A stretch of DNA of 64,000 nucleotides from Ramazzottius varieornatus (taxonomy: Eukaryota; Animalia; Tardigrada), in the NCBI GenBank assembly GCA_001949185.1, contig BDGG01000023.1:62001-126000 (forward strand), written 5' to 3'. Shown here one piece after another: positions 50,812 to 64,000 of this stretch. Each line of letters opens with the position of its first letter. Position 1 is the stretch's first letter. The translations under genes were made by a program, and so were the position numbers. The notes below the pieces were generated by a model. That model was given only the letters and a program-made list of their open reading frames with translations, did not search any database and was not told where the DNA came from.

Positions 50812-53800
50812 ATGGGCAACCACGCTTTGGAAATTCGGAAATTGATCAAACTATTTATGTTAACCGCATGGTATCTCCCTTCGCTGTCCTGTGAAGAAAA
50901 ACGGTGTTGGGGGCGAGTCACGGCTGGGGTTCTGTCACCTGGCGCATGCTACGATATCTCCCTGAAGGATGACTGTGTATCGTCGGGTTACCTTCCTTCG
51001 GCCGACAACTGCTCCGACACATCTCAATTCTGCTGTTACGGTCCCTTGTTTTACGGAACACCGACTGCCGCTCCTCTCAACACCACCATCCAGTGTGGCG
51101 TCCCTTTCAGCTTTCAAAGTGATGCACTGAGCACACTTGCAGCGACCTCGATCACTATCAGAAGTGCCAGACAAAATCGTTTGCTGAACAGAGTAGTTAC
51201 GCACAGAGCACCAGTTCGCCGGACGGCAAAAGCCGAGGTCGAGTTTGAGATGGAAGACTGCTCGGTAGTCAGAGTCTTTCAGAACGGGACGTCAGTTGCC
51301 AAAGGCTCCCTCGTCAATGAGGAATGGATATTAGCCAGCATTCCTGCCTCTTCAGGGTACTAAAAATTGCAATACCGCAGATACAGGTTGGTGGTGATGA
51401 TTCATTCATTGGTTGCTGCAGGAGCACATCGCTTGTCCACCCGGCGGACTTCCTTGTAGGCATAAGGCCAGTCCTGCAAAATATGGATATGCTGCTGTCT
51501 GAAGTAGCGGAAGTCCAGGTATACTCGAAGACGAGACCCTTGGAGAACAGGACCGAAAGTTCAGAATGGATGTTGTTCCGGCTTGTCTCTGCTGTGGAGT
51601 TGTTCATAATGCCCGATGTCTGTGTTGCTTGTTTACCGGAAGTAAAGAAAGGAGCACCGGTTGCTGGACAAACAAACGGTAATTTTTAATTACCAAGGCA
51701 AAGTCCACTACCCTAAAAGCCCTCCGCTAATTTCCTTTTACAGTAGGCAGGCTGCCGCAGCTCGCCTGCTTGGGCCAGGATGTGGTGATCTGGATTCGGC
51801 AAACCGTTGGATGGGTGTACTCGGCACCGCAAGCTCCTGTAACCATTACTCCAGGTTATTTCTTGTTTGTACTGTCGCTTAGTGCCTAATAAATACCTGC
51901 CGTCTACGTACTTCTGTGTCCACAGCGCCACCTACCGGGGTACCCTTCGTGGTACCCCTTTGCAACGGAAAAATTGACGTGGTGGACACACGATCAGTTA
52001 CTCGAGGCTCATTTGCCTCGCATCCGTACTATCCCACACGTAAGTCTGCCCTCACACACCGTTCTCCTTGGACTAATTTGCACATTAAAAAGTGGCTGAT
52101 AATTGCCCGGTGATACCTGCTACTTTCAGTTCAAACGAATCCTGGAGTGAAACACTGTCGCATAAATGTGACAGCCTCAGCTGGAAAAGTGCGGTATCCA
52201 TCCAGTATTCATTGCCTATAGCAAAAATGTATTTTTGTGATTTGCGTCTATGCTAATCCAGGTACTGAGACTCTTACTAGCAATGAACACTTTGGTGAAC
52301 TGCAAGTACGAACATCTGACCATCTTCCGTGCCGAAGCCGACAATCGCCTGCGCTCCACTTCGGTCTGTAATCCTGACCTGGCCACTCTCCCACAAAAAG
52401 GCCCTTTCTGTCGTGTTAACGGTTCCGTCTCGTACTACACTCCCACAAACTACGCCGTGATCGAGTACTGCCGAGAAGATACCAGCCGTAGCGTCCTTCA
52501 GACGGCAGGATTCGCCGTCATGTGGCAGGTGGTGGAGCCAGCCACTCGGCCTGCAGCGGTTCCCCAAATCATTCCTGTTGATGTCCGACCGGGAGAGCCG
52601 GGGAACATCTCCACCTCAGTGGATAGATGGTTCTTGGGAACTTACGCTAATAACTTGGATCTGACGTTCGTGCTGACTGCACCACCGGGATACTTTGTGC
52701 GCTTGTGGATGAGCCACAGTTTGGAGAAGAACTGGAACTGCCTAGCTGATTACCTTGTGGTCACTGAACGCTTGTTCGTTCACGGGAGGTACTGCGGAGC
52801 TAATTTCACGCGAGTGACATCGAGGAGCAAAAGTATCAGTGTGAGGTTCGTCACCGATGGCGCCATCCAGGTTGGCGGATTTACGTTACAGTACGAAGGT
52901 ATATCAAAGGCTAAATTGGTTTTCATTTAGTATCAAATGTCTGAAATGTGTTCATACAAGTGTCCGTTTTAGCCTCAATATGTGGGGCAGGTCTCATTGG
53001 TTGTCCGCTGGATCCAACTCGATGCTTGAAGCCAACTGAACTGTGCGATGGTTTGACCCAGTGTCCTTCTGCGGCAGATGAGTTTCCCTTATTTTGCGGA
53101 AAGCTCTGCGGAGCAGCAGCAATACCTCCTACCCTCATGGACACTAACCGAATTGTTGGAGGTACGCATAACTAGTCAGAAGTGATGACATACCTTGCAC
53201 ATTGGACTTGTAATGACGTTGGGCAATCGCACAGGGAGTTACGTGAAGCCGAGTAGTTGGCCGTGGCAAGCAGCACTGTTGGACCGGAAGACGGGCTTGC
53301 TCCTATGCGGTGGTAGTCTCATTCAGCAGCGTTACGTGCTGACGGCGGGCCACTGCATGATCGAAGTGACCAATATAAGCGAGTACGCGATTCTAATAAC
53401 TATCACCAAATTTTGCTGGATTTCTTTTCCACAGGCTGAATACCGATGTTTTTGCCTGTATAGAGACGTGAAAGAGATGCGAAGGCGGATACCGTCGGAC
53501 TTGCTCGTTGTGTTGGGCGAGCACAACATTTACAGCTTACTGGATCAAGGTTCGCTTCGAAATGTCATTTTTGCAATCTAATTTATAGGGTTATAAGTTA
53601 TAACCGGTAACCCACAGGAAGAATTGTACATTAAGAGTTTCGACCGACGTTCATTGCTTACCGTGCTGACTTGTAAACCTATGTGTTATAAGCTTGGTGA
53701 TCTTTTTCGGCGTGTCCCTTCTGTCTGTCTGTCTGTAATATCTGTTGTAGACAAAACGGAGACGCGCAGCATCCAGTACATTCTGGTCCATCCTAGCTTC

Positions 53801-54681
53801 AACCTGACCAACCCGGAAGTGCCTCCCTTCGATTTTCAGGCCGACCTGGCCATCTTGCGTCTTTCAGGTCCGGTACCATACCGACCAGAGATATCCCCAG
53901 TCTGTCTGCCGAAACTGAACGAATCGCCCGTACCGGGACGTACCTGTGTAGCGACGGGATGGGGTTCTCGGCGGACCAAACCGCCCATGATTGTATACGA
54001 AACCGGTACAGGTCCTTCGGCAATAATGAAAAAAGTACATGGGGGACGAAATCCCGTAAAATGGTATCTGTGTGTAGTTCGCGCAAAAAGAGCTGCTGCG
54101 TTTGACCCTACGCCGATCAACAGCACGGTGTCGTATGTGCTGCAACAAGTGGCGCTACCTGTTTTGAGCCAAAAAGAATGTGCGAAGCAGCTGAGCAACT
54201 CGGGAGCCTTTGGCGTTCTGAAAGGTAAACACACAGAGCATGACAAGCCTTGCTACGGAATTTTATTCCAAAACTAAAGTTGGACTTTTAGATGACATGG
54301 TTTGCGCTGGTGGAACACAGGTTGGTGATGCTTGTTGAGCAAATCGACAGTCGAGACATGTCTTCAGTCTGCGTATTTCCATACAATTTTAGGGCATTTG
54401 TAACGGTGACAGCGGAGGACCCCTGGTATGTCAATCGGCTCCGAATGGACCTTGGGTACTCCAGGGCGTTACTTCCTGGACAGATGGTTGCGGAACGTTA
54501 GTACTCGTACTGGACTTACATTTTGAACGCTGTATACTATCTTCAGGGGCAGTGTACTTTTCTTCGGGTTTTATAGGGTGAATCGCCCGGGAGTATTCAT
54601 CCGTGTCGCCAGGTATGTGAGGTGGATAGAAGATATGATCCGGTTGCTGCGACCTCTGCCGTAAAGCTTTGCCCAGTGTAA
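50812..54681 (+). CDS. Mosaic secreted serine protease: clip-like, degenerate protease domain, 2 CUB, LDLa, active trypsin-like domain
   Basis: Cys6 clip-like domain; remnant [10 protein letters not shown]; CUB motifs ([33 protein letters not shown]); LDLa [14 protein letters not shown]; RIVGG, WPWQA, CGGSLI..LTAGHC, ADLAIL, GDSGGPL. Confidence 0.85.
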
Positions 54682-54890
54682 ACTTCTAATAACTTCCGCG
54701 TTAATAAAATAGTCATCAAGCCAACCAACTGTCGTAAAGCAATTTTTCTGATTGCTTTAGTGAAGTAAATGACCTTCGTGGTCGGGCAGTTTTGAGTTTT
54801 CACCAACAAAAATGTTCCCCGTCTGTCAGCAAGCAACACTGCTACATACTTCTTTTCATTCCAAGCGTTCTTAACTAGTGCTTTACAAGA

Positions 54891-57800
54891 ATGCTGCAAA
54901 CGTGCTTTCTGGCAGTATTGGCTGTTTTCGGATCAGTGATCGTCTTGACTAATACACAATCAGCTTCGAGTGTAATGCAGTTTCCAGGAAGAGGAGGCAG
55001 TTCCCCCAAATATTTTATCCAAGTAGCCGTAGCTCCCGATAGCGAGGCTCCTTGTGTCTATACACCGCCGAATACTACACAAGCAGTTCGCGGAGTATGC
55101 TTTGGCGTCTACGTTGCGTTAGCCTACTGTCCCTCGTTAAAGATGCAGTTTCGCTTCGGAATATGTGCAGAAGGAGACGTCTGCTGCTTCGTGCCACCCA
55201 ACGCCCAGCTAACTTCCCTCTCCACGTCTTCACGTTCAAACGAGCGAAAGTTCTGTGGAACTACTGTCGATTCCGATCAACAGGATATTTTGAATGCAGG
55301 ACCTAATTTATCCCTCCCACCAGCACCGGTATTTGGTATCACCGACGCATTAGCAAATATGGTAATGGGAGTAAACAGTGAGACCGATGCGGTGAAAAGC
55401 CTACCATCGAGGTTTGCGAGGATTTTAGGCGGTAATACTCTGTCTGATGTAAGAACACAATGCTGGATCGCGGCTATTCTGTCTGAGAACACTCTGGTGG
55501 GAAATGGCGCGTTGGTCAGCGATGAATGGGTAATTACCACCGCCACTACAGTCAGAAGGTACATCGATTGGTTTTCCGAGTGTTTAGCAATGAACAGACT
55601 GAAAAATATCGTCCTAACGATACCCGTCTGATTGAGCGTCGTTTTTATTTGCTCAAGGTTTCTAGATTCAGGCAGTACACTGAAGATTCGTCTGGGCCAA
55701 GAGGACCTCAACGGCGGAGACACAACAACGTATGGTGTGCAGAGAATCGTTTTTCATCCCGAGTTCCGAATGAGCCGAGTCGGATATCCTGTCACAGATG
55801 TTGCGTTGCTTCAACTGGACCAAGCCATGGACTCCTCAAAGAGCCCTTCGTCTTGCACAATGTGTCTACCGGCACCGGAGCAGAGCTTTTCAGGAGCAGA
55901 CTGTAACATCGCCGGCTATGGTGTGACTTCTCAAAGTATGTCCAAAATTGTGGTTTGCGTTTCGGTACCGTAGTCTACGTATCACTTTTAAGTGGTTCGG
56001 CTTCGAATTTTAGATTCTCGAAGCATCGACGGGAAGCTGCGAGTTGTGGATGTTAGAGTGTACCGGGACACTGTTTGCGCTAACATCATCCGGAATAACT
56101 TGAGGAACCCTGCCTTCTCGCTGAGTTCTTCAACCATTTGCGCCGGTGGTGTTCGGGGAAAGGATAGTTGCACAGTAAGAATTTCATCCATTGGACCTGT
56201 TTCACAAGTCATGTTTTCGGCTTGCACAGCATAAGTATAGGTTTTATGCTGTGCAGTTATCCACGGCTTATGTTTTGCCTAATATCGCTGCACAGAATTT
56301 CAAATTCTGTGCGAGCTGAGTTGATTGTACTATTGACCACTTTGGTCGAAATTTGAAATTCCAGTGGAGTAGAGCGTGATCAGACCGATCAGCGAATTGG
56401 AACTGGCGCTCCAAGTAATCCGAGCGACGCGCCTTCCCCACATTGCGCCACTTGACTTCCGCTCTCGTTCCTTCTGCAAATCCATCACGTTTTCGACCAA
56501 AACTGGCATTGAAGTTAGGAAGAGATAATTGTCTTCCCGAAACCATCGCCAGAAAAAGCGAAAGAAGTCCGGGCTTTATCCAGTAGAGGGCTAAATGACA
56601 GGCCCCGCGAATTCCGATGCCCTACTGAACTCGCGCGGCCTATTATCCCTTTACGATAATAATCTGTGCCGGAAGTGAGCGAACCGCGAAACGGTTTCTG
56701 CACAGAAACTGACACAGTATAAAATCGTGGAATTTTATTCTATTCAGAGCTGAAACGTGACTTGCGAAACAGGTTTATTAATTGTGCTCCACTGAATAAA
56801 GAGAAGCTGTTCTGTCCATAATTATAATCCACTAATTTTGTCCTCAGAAGGATGGAGGAGCCCCATTGTAAGTACATGGCATACACTTGATGTTTTTTGG
56901 GGTTCTTAGTTGGGTGAGGCTATAGACACCCCTTGAAACCCCGTCTGGCTATAGGCACCCCTATCACACCCCGTTTACTACAGGCACCGTTGTTTAATTC
57001 ATTAATTCAAACACCCTTTAATGCGATATCGCTATGGACACCCGTTTTTGAAATCAGTCTTTCTTTCGGAATTTTTGGCCAGATGTACGCCATGTTACAC
57101 CCGAATGTACTGTAGTATCTTGACCACCCCGCTGTAGTAATCTTGACCATCCCAAGGCCCAGTGTGAGCATACTATTTTGCGAACCGATGCATCCGCATC
57201 GGTTCAATTACAGTACAACCTCATGGGAGGACTTTATATGGCCCATTGGTGTGTAGTTTCACGGCGGAGGTCGTGCCGAACAAGAACCAAAGTGGATTAC
57301 TGTTTGTGAAAGGAGCTGAACAACGTGAATGGTTAGCCAGTGCAATTGAAACCGGAACGTGCTCGACGTGCGACCAACGCCGCGGCCAGAGACCGAAAAA
57401 CGAGTGGAGGATAGAGAAACCTCAGCTGATCATTGAAGCTGTAGCAATACGTGTTAGGCTCAATAGCATGCTCGCAAACAGACCATTGTGGGATGGAGCG
57501 CTTGATCTTGTCATAAGAACATGGTTTCCGCCTCTCAATGAAACTCGGGGTGTCGATAGCTATGTGCCGGATTAGGGGTTTCCTATTTAATCGATTGAAT
57601 AGGGGTGCCTTTAGCAAAACAGTAATTAAATAGAGGTGCGATTGGTTTGCCTATAGCCGAACGGGGTTTGTAGGGGTGTCCATAGCCATTTCCTTCTTAG
57701 TTTTACACGTAATAGATTTGCTCTTGATCGTTTTCGGCAGGTCTTGTGGAGCTACTGGGTCATCGCCCGGTGTGGTAGTAGGTGAGTAAAGAAGGCTGAA

Positions 57801-58063
57801 ATTTATTGTGGGGCTATTTCAAAACGTTTCACATATTCAAATACTTATATTTGAAGGTCTTTCTTCCTGGGGAGTTGGGTGCGGCAAAGCCGGTACGTAC
57901 ATTTGGATCAGCACATCGACCGATGCAAGAAATTTCAACCAGCTTAAGAGTATTCTGCTTTATACCTTCAGATGTGCCATCGCTATACACCGACTTAACG
58001 GATAGTACGGTGAGAGACTGGATCATAAGTACGGCTGGACCGTTACTTCCTCCTCGTCTGTGA
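54891..58063 (+). CDS. Clip-domain serine protease homolog (catalytically inactive, masquerade-like)
   Basis: Signal peptide, Cys6 clip, RILGG; His motif changed to ITTATTV; DVALLQL retained; Ser motif changed to KDGGAPL; GLSSWGVGCG; PSLYT. Confidence 0.85.
56912..57693. mobile_element. Mutator-type (MULE) non-autonomous element, 782 bp, in an intron of the protease homolog
   Basis: ~190-bp imperfect TIRs starting GG....GGCTAT.GACACCCC; perfect 9-bp TSD TTCTTAGTT at 56903-56911 and 57694-57702. Confidence 0.88.
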
Positions 58064-59621
58064 TAACTTAGCTTCTGAACGTTCGAATGACACGCCCTAA
58101 CGTATCATGTTTGCTGTCGACCACTGTATACGATCTTGGTTGGTTTTAAAGACGTAGGTAATGTGGTCAATGGCCCGGACAATGCTCTTTTTTCCTCGTC
58201 CTCCGGCATGACGATGCTGCCTCTGAAATATTCATTGCCCGATTCGCGAAACGCGATATTTGACGAGAGCAGTTTCTTTATTACACGGAACGAAGCAACA
58301 TTTCAGTTTTTGACCATAAAGGCTTGATCGTAAAGTAATCAAAACAAGATGGAAAGCTTACTGTTGTTGCTGTTACTTGGTTTGCTTCTTACAAGCTCAA
58401 ATCTAGTGAATCATGTACTCGAGCTCCTACTCCAAAACAGATTATTGAGTACTACTGGCACGAGAAAGATAGGAGAATTCGAGTGATGTCCACGTGGAAC
58501 AATACTGAAGGACTGCGAGAGCTGTCTACTGTAATAGGACAAGATTCAATTTGCTATCAGGAAGTTAACGACACTCATCTTAAGGAGAATCCTCGACCAT
58601 AACGGCAAATTTAAAAGCTTACAGAAAAACTTTTCCCCCCAGTGTGTGTCGTACATGGCCTCACCGTTACAAGAACCGCGTGCTCCAGATTGCGAAGTCG
58701 AAGGCCCACGCAGATCAGTCATTTCCCAAAGGATCGATTATCAGTAATGTCATTCCGGAGGACCGACAATGCCAACTCCCTCCGCCCTGCCAGACCATCG
58801 AATCTTATTGCAAAAAAAGGGGGTAACTTTTGATATATGTGCCGGTTTACTGCCCTATAATACACGTAGTGCTCCTCAACACATGCTGCTATCTAAGGTA
58901 CACGGATTTTCTGAGGTTTTGTTGTCCCATCTGGTATCAAAATATCTGCTTTCCAAACCGGGAATGACTCTTCTGTGCCAGTTATCAGTTCAATTGTGAG
59001 AGCATTAGGATCGCCACTTTGATCAGCAAGGAATTTCGCGCTCCGAACCTAATTCGTCCCTCGCACTGGCACCGGTATTTTGCACTGTTCAGGCATCGGC
59101 GCGTACGGTTATGAAAGTAACCAGCAATTAAGGCCCATGCCGTGAATCGACTTCCTTGGCGCTTTGCTTTTAATAGGATGAGTATTGTGACTGGATTACG
59201 GCTGGACCGCTACCTCTCCCTCGCCCTTTGAAAGCATGAGACCATGTAGATTTTACGATCTTGCTTTGAAGACCGAGGTAACGTGTACCGTGCAGCGGAC
59301 GATGTACCAAGCTGTCCATTTTTCCATTAAATATTTATAGCCATTTGACGAAGATTGTTTATGACGAATGCTTGCCGAATCACATGCGAACAAGACGTGG
59401 GTCATCTGTACTTCTTCTTCCATTGCGGAAGCCGTAGCGTACAGACATCTGCCAAAGAGTTCGTGGACAGAGTACCATCGCAACCAACGAATTGGTTGGT
59501 GTGAATTTCTGGTTATCAGGCCTATCGTCGCAGCCATTGCTTTGTTTCGACATTGAATAAGTCTTCTCGCTTTACCGCGGGTCCCAAGTGGTTGATCCGT
59601 AAACCCAGTCATTGGTCAAGG

Positions 59622-60696
59622 ATGGCCATCTGCGGGGACTGCGCCATTGATTTGCTTTTCCTCTCATCTCTTCTTGCCTTCGCTCCACCCGCGGTAAGTC
59701 TACAGCACATTCAGGAGTTCCTCCCATCCAGACTAAAGCCGAGATCTACGACGTACAAACAAGCTGTTTTAGAGTTCCCAGACGACCACGCCTTGGGGCT
59801 TGACCAACTTGACTAGTCCCATTCGAAGCGCGTGCTTTCCAGTCTTCCATTCTCGTTACGGAATGTGGGTTGACCCGTGCCATCATGTTGTTCACATCCC
59901 GCGGGGTTGGCATGGCACTCTAGAATGCACCGGACCGGCCAGTGGTTTGTCCATTGTTGGAGCTAGGTATGGTCCGTTGTGTCAGAACGTCAGCAGCCAG
60001 AACGCCTGCAGAGACACCTGCACAGCATCCAACGCTGCACTGCGCGCACGAGAGATATGCGGAGCTGGTCAGAAACAACGATGTCGTATTAAAGCCCGCG
60101 ACGATCTTTTCGGGAACCCGTGTCCCGATTTGCCCACAGCACTGGTTATATCGTTTACTTGCGATTACTACATTTGGAACGACGAGCCATTAGTCGGACT
60201 GAATGGACAACATCACGAGTCTTCAAGTGGTGGGGTAGGTTATTACTTCCGGTGGAACTTGTTTCGAAGTTATGATTCTCCATTATAATAGGCTAAACTG
60301 GGAAGTTCAGCGGATTTTCAAGTGGCTGACGACGCTAGTATTTTTGTGGACAGTTCTCGGTGCCGTCAACCTGGAAGCAGCGCAAACGGATTCTCGGCCG
60401 TAGGATGTCAGTGTATGGGTTCGAATTGGGGGGACCAAGCGAACGTGGCTGGACTCAACTTACGTGCAGAACCTGGACGAACTCTGCCGAGAAACTCGTC
60501 AGCTTGGGTTAACGCTGCAAGACAAGTCGATAACTCAGATCTTGTTGCTCAAAAAACCTTCCGAGGATTTTGTCACAGCAATGACAACCCTAATTTCAGC
60601 GCTGAAAGGCCATCCGTGCGGTGTGCGAGGATGGCTCCACCACAGAGCGCGACTTCATGTTTCTTCGGAGAGAACTGTTGTCAGCCAACTCTATAA
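59622..60696 (+). CDS. SUEL/rhamnose-galactose-binding lectin domain protein with a second Cys-rich domain
   Basis: LEC...IVGARYG..C...C...C...C.I.A.DDLFGNPCP....LVISFTC. The join to exon 1 is unresolved. Confidence 0.7.
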
Positions 60697-61632
60697 AGAA
60701 CTTTTTCGCTCTTTGCTGTAAATGTATCAAGCAACACAAGAACTTGAGTACATCCGTTTCGAGAAGTAAGTACAGGATAAAGCGGAAACCGTAAACAAGG
60801 TTCGAGTAAATTAAAACGTATTAACTAGAACACCAACAATAAAAACCGGGAAAACCTCGACCGTATTGGTGGCAAGCATATGTTTACATATAAAACACTT
60901 CAAATGCGTTTGTGCTAATGACAGTATGAGCGGTAAGCATGGTTCCGAAATCCATGCGCAGAAACCGAGACCAAGTCTATATCACCAAAACTGCCATAAC
61001 TGGCTACGTTGGAGTGCGTAAATGTGAGCTGGAAACTAATGAAACAATTGTTGAAATGTTTCTTGATGGAATTCTAACGAAGAATTTAATGCGACGCAGG
61101 TAAATGTTTTTGAGCCACAATCGCGAAGAAATCACCTGCCATCTCTTCACGCTTGGCTATGGTAGCAAAGGATGATAAGGCCGCTAAGCTATCTTGGTCG
61201 GCCCCAGCAAACTGTTTCAAGACAGATGGCTTTTTTTAGTGACAGCGTGGATAATCGACCTCACATTGCGCAGCCGACTGTGAGACCGTCGTATCAGATC
61301 AGTTTCTGACATGGCAACTTCTCAGTCTGCCATCGGGTGGTGTCGGGCCGTCCGACAGGTTCGATTTGGTAGTACTGTCACCAACCCGGGTGAACCAGGT
61401 TATCAAAACCAAACAAAGTTGATCGAACAACAAACCAAACGAAAATCAGTACCAAAATAAAGAATCAATTAATCAATCGAAGAAAACGTTTAATCCAAAT
61501 TTTGTCAATCGGGGGATCAAGTGTAGTTAATCATCTAGTGCACATCCCATGCGCACACATGTGCGATTTAGTAGACTCACTGACTCACAGTACTTACCGC
61601 TACTAACGCCCAGGATCCCTTAGTGCGGTGTA

Positions 61633-61774
61633 CTGTAGTGCTTCATGAACTTCGCGAAGCACGTCATCATACGCACGAGACATCCCTTAGGGGCTGGTCG
61701 GGCAAAGTTTTCGCACCGGATCTCAACTGCACGCGTATGATGCCGTGCTTCGCGAAGTTCATGAGGCGTCACAG
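61633..61774. mobile_element. TA-flanked MITE (142 bp)
   Basis: ~42-bp imperfect TIRs CTGT...GC.TCATGAACTTCGCGAAGCACG.CATCATACGC; the left terminus CTGTAGTGC matches the 49709 element. Confidence 0.82.
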
Positions 61775-61833
61775 TACTCTCGAGGGGATTTTGCCATCGC
61801 TCCAGTCTAATTTCACAAATGAAACGGCAGAAA

Positions 61834-62176
61834 NNNNNNNNNNNNNNNNNNNNNNNNNNNNNNNNNNNNNNNNNNNNNNNNNNNNNNNNNNNNNNNNNNN
61901 NNNNNNNNNNNNNNNNNNNNNNNNNNNNNNNNNNNNNNNNNNNNNNNNNNNNNNNNNNNNNNNNNNNNNNNNNNNNNNNNNNNNNNNNNNNNNNNNNNNN
62001 NNNNNNNNNNNNNNNNNNNNNNNNNNNNNNNNNNNNNNNNNNNNNNNNNNNNNNNNNNNNNNNNNNNNNNNNNNNNNNNNNNNNNNNNNNNNNNNNNNNN
62101 NNNNNNNNNNNNNNNNNNNNNNNNNNNNNNNNNNNNNNNNNNNNNNNNNNNNNNNNNNNNNNNNNNNNNNNNNNNC
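61834..62176. other. Assembly gap (N run)
   Basis: Run of N bases. Confidence 1.
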
Positions 62177-63352
62177 GATGGCGAAATCCGCCCGTCCGAA
62201 CGTACTTATTTCTTCCCATAAGCTCCTTTTCACGAACTCCGTACTTTTGGCCGTTGCAGGTAGCAAGTGTGCGAGTGCACTTCTAGCCTCGAACCCCGTT
62301 CTGAGTACACATTTTTCCATCATGGGGGTCATTCGGTGGCGGAAAGGATTAGGGACTCTTGGTCTGGACGATACTTCTCGGGGAAAATTCCCCGTTTCAG
62401 TCGCCCATTTTGAGGCGAGTAACTATATCGCAGTGACGTCACACTTCAATAAAATGGGGCGGGCGCAGGCGGAGTTACCAGGTGCAAAACGTCACACGCT
62501 CCGCCTTCGGCCCCATCACTATGCTCAATGAGTCCCGAGTCATTTCGGGACTTCCGGGAAACTTCGGCAAGAAACGGCTGATGTCAATTGATCCCCATGA
62601 TGGACAAATATGGTTGCGGAGAAGATTTGAGCGCGATTGGATTCTTCCTTGAACTCTGGTGAACGAAATTCCAGAGTACGGGGTTCGTGCAACGGAGCTT
62701 AGGTCCGGACCTAACAGGCCTTCATCACTGGTCACTAACAACCCATATCCTTCACGAACTTTCTTTCCAGGAAGAGGATAGAGTGTCTCAGGATCGAAAT
62801 CGTGTAGCGTTGTGGAAGAAACCACGTCGCCCTTATTGCTTTTGAGGACTACTTGGGTGTTGGCAGCTGTGTGTAACTTACTGGGACAAGCGCTGGACCG
62901 TCCTGCTGCAGGAGACTCAGACGGAAGCTGGAAAGAACTGCGGTTACTAGAAGTGACCGACACCCTACTAGAAAAATATCAAGCATTCAGTGAAACCTTG
63001 TCAAAAGGTCGACTGGCGGGACAGCACGGGTAGACTGTCTTTTCCTTAAGCCTCAGCAGACTGCCGAACGACAATCAACGGGGTTTCGAAAAGACCCACT
63101 TCGTCATCAGGACGTTTTCCATGCAGGAAATACTACACAGCGTGTCGAACCATTCATCAGGATGTTCTTCAAGCCATGACTCCTGCCGCAGAAACTGTCC
63201 GTGCATGCGCTGTGTGGCTGACCGACCTCTGGGTTTTACGTCACCTGCCAGTGCACCCTCTTTAATATCAATCGCCTAAACGCGTACATCCATTTGGCTT
63301 GCTGGGAAGTTTCACGGACCGATACACCAACGCCCAAAAGAACGTTAGCCAT
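62177..63352 (-). CDS. Uncharacterised spliced gene running into the gap
   Basis: Open frames 62475-62963 and 62177-~62425 are separated by a plausible GT-AG intron; no recognised domain. Confidence 0.35.
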
Positions 63353-63548
63353 CCTGAAGACGAAGAAGTAGACAAGTAGACGACTCGTGAGCTGTTTTGG
63401 AAAAAAGTAGTTCGCCAAAATCTACTGTTATGGTCTCCGCGATATGTCACATTTCTGTATTTTTGCTTTGAGCTGAACAATCAAAAGCAGGGTCAGTCCG
63501 TAAAAAAAAATTTCGAAGAAGTCACGCGTTTAAAGCCAAATCATTTTG

Positions 63549-63930
63549 TCAGTGACCATTAGTGATATTGCTGCCGTACATTCCGTTGAGTGGGCGAGAA
63601 GGATTAACCGATTGTTCCAGACTCTCGTTAATATCTTCATCGGCATCAACATCCGTTCCACTTTCGGCCAGACGAAAAGCTTCCAGAAACTCATTAAACT
63701 CGATTTGACCTAAATAATCATCGCAAAAACGAGCTTTAGCTTCACATTTAACGCTGTGTTGCAGTAGTAAATTATAATCGTTTGGTACATCCCATCGAGC
63801 CTATAATTACCATCTCGGTTGATGTCCAACGAGGTGGCCAGGTCCTTGATTTGCTCTTCAGTCAAAGGGTTCCCCATGTGCTTGTTCAGAAGTATGCAGC
63901 CATGCTGGAACTCTTCCATCGTCAGAATGC
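63549..63930 (-). CDS. 3' end of an EF-hand Ser/Thr phosphatase (PPEF/rdgC-like)
   Basis: GILTMEEFQHGCILLNKHM...IKDLATSLDINRD|GQIEFNEFLEAFRL matches the PPEF C-terminal EF-hand pair. The gene continues beyond the window. Confidence 0.75.
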
Positions 63931-64000
63931 CTACACGAAAAAATTAGCCTGATTTTTACCGTCACTAAGTTGAGTGAAGCTGCACTGCGCTGTCCTACCG

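Noticed and set aside
53585-53690. Degenerate inverted repeat in a protease intron
   Set aside because: Too diverged, and no TSD is present to classify it.
56363-56794. Possible element bounded by CAGTGGAG...CTCCACTG
   Set aside because: The inverted match is short and the flanks show no TSD, so it is not supportable.
61620-62531. ORFs spanning 61.6-62.5 kb
   Set aside because: They are artefacts of translating through the N gap and a MITE.

Overview
Gene-dense eukaryotic (invertebrate animal) genomic DNA with many short GT-AG introns. The style resembles a tardigrade such as Ramazzottius, but this is inference and cannot be confirmed from the window. Spliced genes, in order: an Asn-rich/clip-like/mucin protein; an ABCC (MRP1-like) transporter; a nine-domain Ly6/uPAR-like secreted protein; an atypical histone H3/CENP-A-like variant; an MLCK-family kinase; MTCH; an SFMBT-type Polycomb protein; small secreted peptides; axonemal dynein intermediate chain DNAI2; an orphan secreted protein; Pasha/DGCR8; a clip/dead-protease/CUB/LDLa/trypsin mosaic protease; a clip serine-protease homolog; a SUEL lectin; and the 3' end of a PPEF/rdgC phosphatase. 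Non-coding DNA holds many non-autonomous DNA transposons (hAT-, Mutator- and TA-TSD types, some nested). The most notable signals are: (1) two families of intron-resident palindromes with near-invariant spacer length (25 nt and 30 nt) despite divergent spacer sequence; (2) a pri-miRNA-like hairpin upstream of the pasha start codon, suggesting Microprocessor autoregulation; (3) the chimeric H3/CenH3-like histone. All exon structures were derived by eye.
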